From Polyangiaceae bacterium (lineage in GTDB: Bacteria > Myxococcota_A > Polyangia > Polyangiales > Polyangiaceae), in contig JANRKO010000006.1 in the NCBI GenBank assembly GCA_033763455.1, positions 544,001 to 608,000 of the forward strand: a stretch of DNA of 64,000 bases, read 5' to 3'. Below the pieces are notes generated by a model, which saw nothing but the letters and a program-made list of their open reading frames with translations, did no database searches and was not told the DNA's origin. How positions within the stretch are numbered: the first letter of the stretch is position 1; each line of letters opens with the position of its first letter. This document shows, piece after piece, positions 57,582-64,000 of this stretch. Both the position numbers and the translations under genes were made by a program.

Positions 57582-57597
57582 AGCAATGCCCGTGCCA
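57582..57597 (-). promoter_or_regulatory. sigma54 (-24/-12) promoter
   Basis: Minus strand reads TGGCACGGGCATTGCT, an exact TGGCACG-N4-TTGCW match upstream of GT-C paralog 2. Confidence 0.85.
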
Positions 57598-57781
57598 CTT
57601 CAGCTTTGCACGTTGTCATACGTGTTTATGCGAGATGACGCGATTAAGAGCACAGGCGTGGAGGCGAATATGGCTCAATCTGTGCCAATCTCAGTCAAGG
57701 ATTACATGCAGTGTCACGAGGGTTAGCCCTATTCGCGTGCGGAAGCGGATGATTCGCGAGCGCCGAGGTGCGCCCTCAGCG

Positions 57782-57797
57782 TGGCACGGTCTTTGCT
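57782..57797 (+). promoter_or_regulatory. sigma54 (-24/-12) promoter
   Basis: TGGCACGGTCTTTGCT, an exact consensus match upstream of the 57811 gene. Confidence 0.85.
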
Positions 57798-57810
57798 TTT
57801 TGAAAGGCCA

Positions 57811-58518
57811 ATGACGTTTACTCATAGTGGTGGTTTGTGGGGGCGCCGAGGTGCGAAGGTCTGGAGCTATGGCTCAAGCGCCCTCGGAGTTGTTGTAATG
57901 TGCTGCAGCGTTCCGGAGCGGCGAATCGATGATCTGACAGTGAACAGTGAGCAGCGGAAACCTGAAGTGGCAATGGCAGGTTCTGGCGGAGCGCCAACCA
58001 CTTTGGGGGGACAACCCTCCCAGTTGCAGACTCCTGCAGGTGGGGGAGTTCCCGGACTCATCACTCCGGAAGGGATAGGTTCGTCCGAAAAGTGCGTGTC
58101 CCCCAATCCTCTGCAGGGTGGAGCCTACGCGATCACCTGCCGCTCTCTGCAGGTAAACTTCGTCCCACCGCTTCGGGGGAACGACTACGACGTTAGCGTG
58201 CTCACAAGCAAGAATCCTGATGTGGCGTTGCTAGCCACTCCCAGGCTAGCTGGAGAGGGTGTTCCAGCGTTGAACACAGATGGCGTGAATACGCTAGGCG
58301 TATGGCTCGACTACGGTGGTGGATCTCTATCGCCCATCCCGGCAAGTGCTTTCCCCGCCTGGATTCAGGTTACTGTCGAACGAGCAGGGCAGGTCGTCGT
58401 GCAGACCAGGTGGGACACCCTACAGTATCAGTGCCAGGCGATTGATCCTTGGCGCTGGTGTTGGCAGGCGGCGCCACTCACGGCAACTACTTCGCTGGCT
58501 CAAATGGATGCTCCCTAG
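57811..58518 (+). CDS. Hypothetical putative lipoprotein with Gly/Ser/Thr/Pro-rich linker
   Basis: Hydrophobic stretch ending in Cys, low-complexity linker, paired Cys; start must lie downstream of the sigma54 promoter. Confidence 0.6.
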   Translation: MTFTHSGGLWGRRGAKVWSYGSSALGVVVMCCSVPERRIDDLTVNSEQRKPEVAMAGSGGAPTTLGGQPSQLQTPAGGGVPGLITPEGIGSSEKCVSPNPLQGGAYAITCRSLQVNFVPPLRGNDYDVSVLTSKNPDVALLATPRLAGEGVPALNTDGVNTLGVWLDYGGGSLSPIPASAFPAWIQVTVERAGQVVVQTRWDTLQYQCQAIDPWRWCWQAAPLTATTSLAQMDAP

Positions 58519-58610
58519 GAAATAGCGCCATTTGCTCAAAAAAGGCAAAGCTCGAAGTCGTGCACTAGCCTCCGGTAAGGCGCGTGATACCGTCGCGCCC
58601 CGTTGCTCGC

Positions 58611-59357
58611 ATGGACCTAAAAGAAGCCCCTCACCGAGTGTTTCAGCGTCATCCTTGGGAGGTCGCGCGCTTCAAATTCTTTCGACGTGTGCTTGAGGAC
58701 ACGCACGTTGATAATGGGCCCTTGCATATCTTGGATGTGGGGTCGGGTGATGCCTGGTTTGCCAATGAGCTCGTGATGTCGCTGGCGCCGGGGAGCGACT
58801 GCGCGTGTTGGGATATTGGCTACGATCCAGATCGATTGCCTGACGCCTTCCAAAGCTCATACCTTCGGGCCACTACCGAGCGTCCCAGCGGACAATTCGA
58901 TCTCATCGTACTTCTGGACGTGGCCGAGCACGTCCCGGACGATCGTGCTTTCCTTGCCGACGTTCTCGAAAATTGCGCTCGCCCCGGCAGTTATGTGCTT
59001 TTCAGTGTTCCTGCTTGGCCCGAGCTGATGTGTTCGCATGATCAGGCCTTGCACCATTTCCGCCGGTATCGCCCCAGGCAGGCGCTGGCTTTGCTTGAGG
59101 ACGCGGGCCTCCGCGTCCTCGGCTCGGGTGGGGCATTCCACGGGCTCATTTTGCCTCGGGCTATCAACGTTTTGAAGGAGCGCGTGGTTGGGCCCCCGGC
59201 ACACGCGGTAGCCGAGAGCCTGGAGTGGCGTGGTGGGCCCGTGTTGGGCAAAATCGTGGAAGCGGCGTTAGCGGCAGACGGGGCCGTTTCCCGTTGGTTG
59301 GCACGAAAAAACCGAGACGTGCCCGGGTTGAGTTGGTGGGCATTGTGTCAGAAGTAG
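58611..59357 (+). CDS. Class I SAM-dependent methyltransferase
   Basis: RHPWEVAR, ILDVGSGD, LLDVAEHV.DD, SVPA...L.C.HD..L.HFRRY. Confidence 0.88.
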   Translation: MDLKEAPHRVFQRHPWEVARFKFFRRVLEDTHVDNGPLHILDVGSGDAWFANELVMSLAPGSDCACWDIGYDPDRLPDAFQSSYLRATTERPSGQFDLIVLLDVAEHVPDDRAFLADVLENCARPGSYVLFSVPAWPELMCSHDQALHHFRRYRPRQALALLEDAGLRVLGSGGAFHGLILPRAINVLKERVVGPPAHAVAESLEWRGGPVLGKIVEAALAADGAVSRWLARKNRDVPGLSWWALCQK

Positions 59358-60085
59358 GGTTGGTAATCCCGTGTTACAACGAGGCAGAACGGCTTGATTT
59401 TGCACTTGTGGAGCAACTTCTGGCTGATCCTCGCGTGAAGCTATTCCTGGTGGATGACGGCTCCACGGACGCCACTTTTGAACGCCTTACCGAATTTTCC
59501 TTTCTACATCCTGGCCGCGTGGAGGTAGTGCCAATTCGACCTAACGGAGGCAAGGCCGAAGCCGTACGGCGAGGGTTGCTCCGCGCACTCGAGGATGGGG
59601 CACGCTTGGTTGGGTATCTCGACGCTGATATGGCGACGCCGCCTGAAGAGATGTTGCGCCTACTGGCCACACTTGAAAAGTCGTCAGCCTTGTTGGCACT
59701 CGGCTCGCGGGTACGCATGTTGGGCGCTGATATTCAGCGCACCACGGCGCGGCACTACTTAGGTCGGGTGTTCGCGACGCTGGCCTCGCTGTCGCTATCC
59801 CTTCCCGTTTACGACACTCAATGCGGTGCGAAGGTAGCGCGAGACCACGCAACGCTGCGCCGAGCGTTGAGCTACCCGTTTACCTCGCGTTGGGCATTTG
59901 ACGTGGAGCTTCTGGATCGACTTACTGCCGATCGTGAGTATGCCTACACGATGGCGGATTTAGTCGAAATGCCCCTCAAAACCTGGGGGGAACGCGGTGG
60001 CTCGAAGCTTTCGAGCAAAGCCATGGTGAAAGCTGGGTTAGATCTGGTCGGTATTGGCATCAAGCGCAGGTGGGGGCATCGGTGA
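59345..60085 (+). CDS. GT2 polyprenol-phosphate glycosyltransferase (Dol-P-Glc synthase-like)
   Basis: VIPCYNE, VDDGSTD, N.GKAEAVR.G, LDAD, YDTQCGAK, FDVELL. Confidence 0.9.
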   Translation: MSEVGLVIPCYNEAERLDFALVEQLLADPRVKLFLVDDGSTDATFERLTEFSFLHPGRVEVVPIRPNGGKAEAVRRGLLRALEDGARLVGYLDADMATPPEEMLRLLATLEKSSALLALGSRVRMLGADIQRTTARHYLGRVFATLASLSLSLPVYDTQCGAKVARDHATLRRALSYPFTSRWAFDVELLDRLTADREYAYTMADLVEMPLKTWGERGGSKLSSKAMVKAGLDLVGIGIKRRWGHR

Positions 60086-62433
60086 GTCTTGAGGCAAAAA
60101 AGCTACACGCGCAGCGGATTCTGGTCTCTCTTGCTCTCATTTGTGGCGCCGGAATTATCCTGCGCTCAGTAGACAAGCACTACCCACTTCAGCACTGGCT
60201 TATCTGGCATTACCTCGGGTACTGGCTGCTCACGGCGTATTTCGTTGCGGGGTGCACGGTTGTTGGGTTTTCGCTCCTTAAGGTAACGCTTCAGCGAACC
60301 CTTCCGTTGCGCGAGATGTTGGTGCTGGGGGCGCCGCTCGGGCTCCTCGCCTATTTCTGCTGGGCATTTGTCGCGGGTCTATTCGGCCTTTACGGGCGCC
60401 TGTTTTTCGCCTTCACGCCGCTCGGGCTCGCCGCTCTCGGGGTGGTGCCCGTCTATCAGTATTTTTCGCGATTTCTTGCGTTGGCGCGCCGCCGTCCAAC
60501 GCTGACCTTGCGCCCCATCCGTCCGTGGTGGTCTTGGCTCGTGCACGCCTTTGGCCTCGTGGGATTCCTCTTTATCTATTTTTCCATCCTCTCGCCCAAT
60601 AACATGGCGTACGACGCACGCTGGTATCATCTACCGCTCGCGGAGCAGTATGCCGCAGCCGGGCGCGTATTTCGCTTTGGTGAGGGATGGGTGATGGGAA
60701 GCTATCCGCAGCTTTCCAGCTTCCTCTACCTCTGGGCCTTCTTACTGCCAGCACCGGTGTTCGATCGCATCGAGCTTGCCGCCCACCTCGAATTTGCGTT
60801 CGTTATTTGGCAAGCTGTGGCCCTTCCGGTGCTCGTCCGGCGGTTGCTGCCTCGGAGCTTTAGGCCGCGCCCGCGAGCGGTGCTTGCCTGGGCGGGCCTG
60901 TTCTTATTTCCTGGCATTTTTCTCTACGATTCGTCGGTGAATCTGAGTGCCGATCACATCGCGGCACTGTGGGCTATTCCGATTTATCTGGCGCTCTTGC
61001 GTGCCTGGCCCACTCTCGGTTGGCGTGAATCACTCGTGTTTGCCGCGTTTCTCTCGGGAGCGATGCTCACGAAGTATACGGCCGCCATGGTGGCCATTCC
61101 TGGAGCGGTTGCTTACGTCTGCCGAGCGTGTTGGCTTCTGGGAACTCGGGGTCGGAAGGTGGGGCCAATCCTAGCAAGCGCAGGAACTCTCTTGGGCGGT
61201 GGTCTGATATTTACCAGTGCGCATTGGCTGAAGAATTGGCTTTGGTACGGCGATCCTCTGTTTCCCCAACTTCACTCTAGGCTCACGCTAACGCCTTGGG
61301 CGCCGGACGCCATCGTCCCCTATAATTTCGACATTGCGGTGCCGTGGCACGCCGCCCGTACCCTAGAAGGCCTCAAAGACACGTTGCGGGTCACAGCTAC
61401 GTTCGCCTTCAAACACCATGATTGGCCGGATCTCCACGGAGAGGCGCCCGTCTTTGGTTTTCTCTTCACCGTTACGGTGCTGGTGCTGCCCTTTCTGGGG
61501 AGGCGCGTGGCCCTTTGGGGCATTTTTCTTGCCGGTCACCTAGGCGTGATGCTGTGGTGCAATATCTCGTGGCAGGATCGCTATCTACAGGTGCTCGTGC
61601 CCTGGATGGCGGCCGCCGTGGCGACCGTTATTGCGCTGGTTTGGCAGCTCGGAGCGGTGCCTCGGCTGGCCATGAGCGCGCTGCTCCTGGTTCAGGTTTT
61701 CTGGGGCAGCGATGTCTACTTCTTCAACACCCATCGCATCATCGGGTCCCCCCTGAAGGCTTCTATCGATCTCATCAACACGGGTCGCCTCAAGCAGTAC
61801 AAGGAACGGTTTGAGGTCTTTGGTTACCTGGGTGCGGTCGCTGATGCGCTACCCAAAGATGCCGTCGTATTGTTCCGTGAGTCGCGTCAAACCTTTGGTT
61901 TGCGAGTGCGCCGCGTCACAGATCGCCCTGGTACCCAAGGGCTCCTCTACTACACGCGTTACCGTTCGCCAGCCGACCTACATGCTGAGCTCCAGAAGCT
62001 CGGCGTCACGCACGTGCTCTGGGGCCAACCCGAAGGCATAGACACTGTGGGCAACGATCTGGTCTTTCACGATTTCGTAACACGCTTCATCAAAAACAAA
62101 CAGATGATCAACGGGCTTAGCCTCGGGGCTCTCCCCAAACAGCTGCCTCCATCGAAGCCGTTTGGCCAGAAGGTAGCCTATATTGGCTGCCCTGGAGCGT
62201 ATGCGCCCGGGCTCTACCCGCTTCAGCAGATTACGGTGAGTGTCTTCGATCCAAAGCCTAACTACCCTCGGCCAGAGATTGCTTATCAGCCGGGGACTCC
62301 AGTTCAGAATGTAGTTGCGGGAGCTGACTACATTGCTTGGGAGCGTGGGTGTCACCCGAACTTGGGCGGGGATTTGCGGATGTTCGAGACATTTGGTCAA
62401 CGTGGGAATTTGACGTTGATGCGGAGAAGGTAA
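60082..62433 (+). CDS. Large multi-TM GT-C-like protein
   Basis: Many TM segments, YDARWYHLP.A loop, TKY, KNW..YGDPLFP, QDRY; GTGA overlap with GT2 gene. Confidence 0.7.
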   Translation: MSLEAKKLHAQRILVSLALICGAGIILRSVDKHYPLQHWLIWHYLGYWLLTAYFVAGCTVVGFSLLKVTLQRTLPLREMLVLGAPLGLLAYFCWAFVAGLFGLYGRLFFAFTPLGLAALGVVPVYQYFSRFLALARRRPTLTLRPIRPWWSWLVHAFGLVGFLFIYFSILSPNNMAYDARWYHLPLAEQYAAAGRVFRFGEGWVMGSYPQLSSFLYLWAFLLPAPVFDRIELAAHLEFAFVIWQAVALPVLVRRLLPRSFRPRPRAVLAWAGLFLFPGIFLYDSSVNLSADHIAALWAIPIYLALLRAWPTLGWRESLVFAAFLSGAMLTKYTAAMVAIPGAVAYVCRACWLLGTRGRKVGPILASAGTLLGGGLIFTSAHWLKNWLWYGDPLFPQLHSRLTLTPWAPDAIVPYNFDIAVPWHAARTLEGLKDTLRVTATFAFKHHDWPDLHGEAPVFGFLFTVTVLVLPFLGRRVALWGIFLAGHLGVMLWCNISWQDRYLQVLVPWMAAAVATVIALVWQLGAVPRLAMSALLLVQVFWGSDVYFFNTHRIIGSPLKASIDLINTGRLKQYKERFEVFGYLGAVADALPKDAVVLFRESRQTFGLRVRRVTDRPGTQGLLYYTRYRSPADLHAELQKLGVTHVLWGQPEGIDTVGNDLVFHDFVTRFIKNKQMINGLSLGALPKQLPPSKPFGQKVAYIGCPGAYAPGLYPLQQITVSVFDPKPNYPRPEIAYQPGTPVQNVVAGADYIAWERGCHPNLGGDLRMFETFGQRGNLTLMRRR

Positions 62434-62495
62434 GGGGGGATGTCCAACAGGTTGGCCTCCCGCTGCGAGACTAAACGATCGCTGTTGTGTAGAGC

Positions 62496-63806
62496 CTACC
62501 GAAACTCCTCTGCATCGAGCCCATACTTCTCCAGCCAGCGGTAGAGCTGCGTGCGGTGAAGCCCTAGCTGCTTACTCACGGCAGCGATGTTGCCTTGATG
62601 CTCTTGCAAGGCCTTCTGGAGTTCTTTTCTGGAGACATTGGGGCCAGGGTGCGTTGCCGGAGGGGATTCACTTGGTAGCGTAACTACCTTCTTTCTGCTT
62701 GCCAGGGGCCGCGCGACTTCTGTAGCAACGCTGAGAAGGTGCTTGAGAGTAAAGGGCGGCTCCCCACTGAACACGTTTAAGGAATGAACAAGGGACTGCA
62801 GTTCTCGAATATTGCGAGGCCAATCCCACAACAAGAGAGACTCGGCTACGTCGGCATCGCAACTGAATGCCTGTTTCGAAGCCGAGCCGATCTGCTCGGC
62901 GATCATCAGCACATCCGTCTTGCGTTCTCTCAGGGGAGGAAGCTTCAGAATGAGTTGCGCCAGCCTGCCGAAGAGATCTTCACGGAAACGCCCCGCTCGG
63001 ACGGCTTGTTCCAAATCAACGTTGGTTGCGGCAATCACTCGTAAGTCGACCTTGATTTCTCGATCCGAACCGATCGGGCGCACGGTGCCTTCTTGAAGCA
63101 CGCGTAGGAGCGCCGGTTGTTGATCCAGAGGGAGATCTCCAATCTCATCGAGAAAAAGCGTCCCTTCATGGGACCGGGTTACGAGCCCTTCCCTCGGTGC
63201 ACCCGCGCCGGAAAAAGCTCCCTTCACGTGGCCGAAGAATTCAGATGCCAGAAGGTCGCGCGGGAGGACGGCGCAATTGACGGGCACAAAGCTTCCAGGT
63301 CGCTGGCTTTGAGCGTGAATGAATTGCGCCATGCGCTCCTTGCCCGCACCAGTTTCTCCACTCAATAAGATCGGGAAGGGCGAGCGAGCCGCCTGACTTG
63401 CAGCGAGCTTCACTTGTGCCATCGTGTTCTGTTCCTCAAACACAAACAGCGTATCGCCACCCCGAATCACGTCGCCATGGTTCAACGGTTGGGTTTCCGC
63501 GCGCTCACCGTTTACCCAGGTACCGTTACGGCTGTTTGCGTCGCCGAGGCGAAAAGCGTTGCCACGTCGATCGTACGCGACTCGGAAATGGAGCCGTGAC
63601 ATCCAACGATCGGGTATGGCTGCACCCGCTCCGTTGACGTCGCGACCAAACACAGCAGGCTTGCCGTCGCTCGGGAGCAGTATGCGTTGGCCCACGGAAG
63701 CCTGGATGGGTGAGTGAACGACGCACAGAAACGCCGAACGCTCGCCCTCGGAAGACGGGGGCGATTCCGAGCGGGTCACGGTGCTTTCTTGGCGGACGCT
63801 GTTCAT
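62496..63806 (-). CDS. FHA-domain sigma54-dependent transcriptional activator
   Basis: FHA (FGR, MSRLH, SRNGT), GETGAGKE, GAFSGA, FLDEIGD, WPRNIREL, Fis-type HTH. Confidence 0.93.
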   Translation of the reverse strand: MNSVRQESTVTRSESPPSSEGERSAFLCVVHSPIQASVGQRILLPSDGKPAVFGRDVNGAGAAIPDRWMSRLHFRVAYDRRGNAFRLGDANSRNGTWVNGERAETQPLNHGDVIRGGDTLFVFEEQNTMAQVKLAASQAARSPFPILLSGETGAGKERMAQFIHAQSQRPGSFVPVNCAVLPRDLLASEFFGHVKGAFSGAGAPREGLVTRSHEGTLFLDEIGDLPLDQQPALLRVLQEGTVRPIGSDREIKVDLRVIAATNVDLEQAVRAGRFREDLFGRLAQLILKLPPLRERKTDVLMIAEQIGSASKQAFSCDADVAESLLLWDWPRNIRELQSLVHSLNVFSGEPPFTLKHLLSVATEVARPLASRKKVVTLPSESPPATHPGPNVSRKELQKALQEHQGNIAAVSKQLGLHRTQLYRWLEKYGLDAEEFR

Positions 63807-64000
63807 GAGGCCCTGGATTTATGGCACGAAGCGGTCGAGCCAGTCGAGCACTAGGGGCAGCCCTGCGAAAAGACCCCCACGATGGCACAGTGTGAGCCAC
63901 TCTCCCGAGCTCCTGTGACTATTCGATCTCGCCAAGTGCTCACCGCTTCAGGTCTTCACCTGCGCGCTTTCTCACTGAGTCCTGCGAACCACCGTTTGAG

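Noticed and set aside
62496..63806. GAFSGA instead of GAFTGA as a sign of an inactive activator
   Set aside because: Conservative Thr-to-Ser change; Walker A/B and other AAA+ motifs are intact
63883..63898. sigma54-like TGGCACAGTGTGAGC (also TGGCACCATGTGTGT at 11-25)
   Set aside because: The -12 elements deviate from TTGC; the target of the first lies outside the window

Overview
GC-rich bacterial chromosomal window with about 55 densely packed genes. Gene content points to a myxobacterium, probably Polyangiaceae/Sorangium-like (inference): Cys-rich lipoproteins, a Hanks-type Ser/Thr kinase, FHA-GGDEF and FHA-sigma54 activator proteins, and orphan histidine kinases. Recognisable genes are nfuA, fucD, glgX, ftsH, ruvB and glnB-glnA, plus GH120- and GH43-type xylosidases. 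No rRNA, tRNA, CRISPR array, transposase or integrase was seen. Most notable: (1) a polyprenol-linked surface-glycosylation-like cluster at 52.9-63.8 kb (flippase, GT2, methyltransferase, three GT-C-like proteins) split by two back-to-back consensus sigma54 promoters and ending in an FHA-type sigma54 activator; (2) a non-coding 103-bp-period repeat array at 8.6-8.9 kb whose palindromic core recurs at 41.27 kb; (3) an operon joining a Ser/Thr kinase, a GNAT, an intact histidine kinase and a histidine pseudokinase; (4) an Irr-like Fur protein with an ICE-like operator; (5) a P2-type ATPase lacking canonical Ca2+ ligands; (6) a structured glnB leader; (7) a 44-bp duplication that creates a translational-coupling mini-ORF. 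All calls were made by eye, without database searches.
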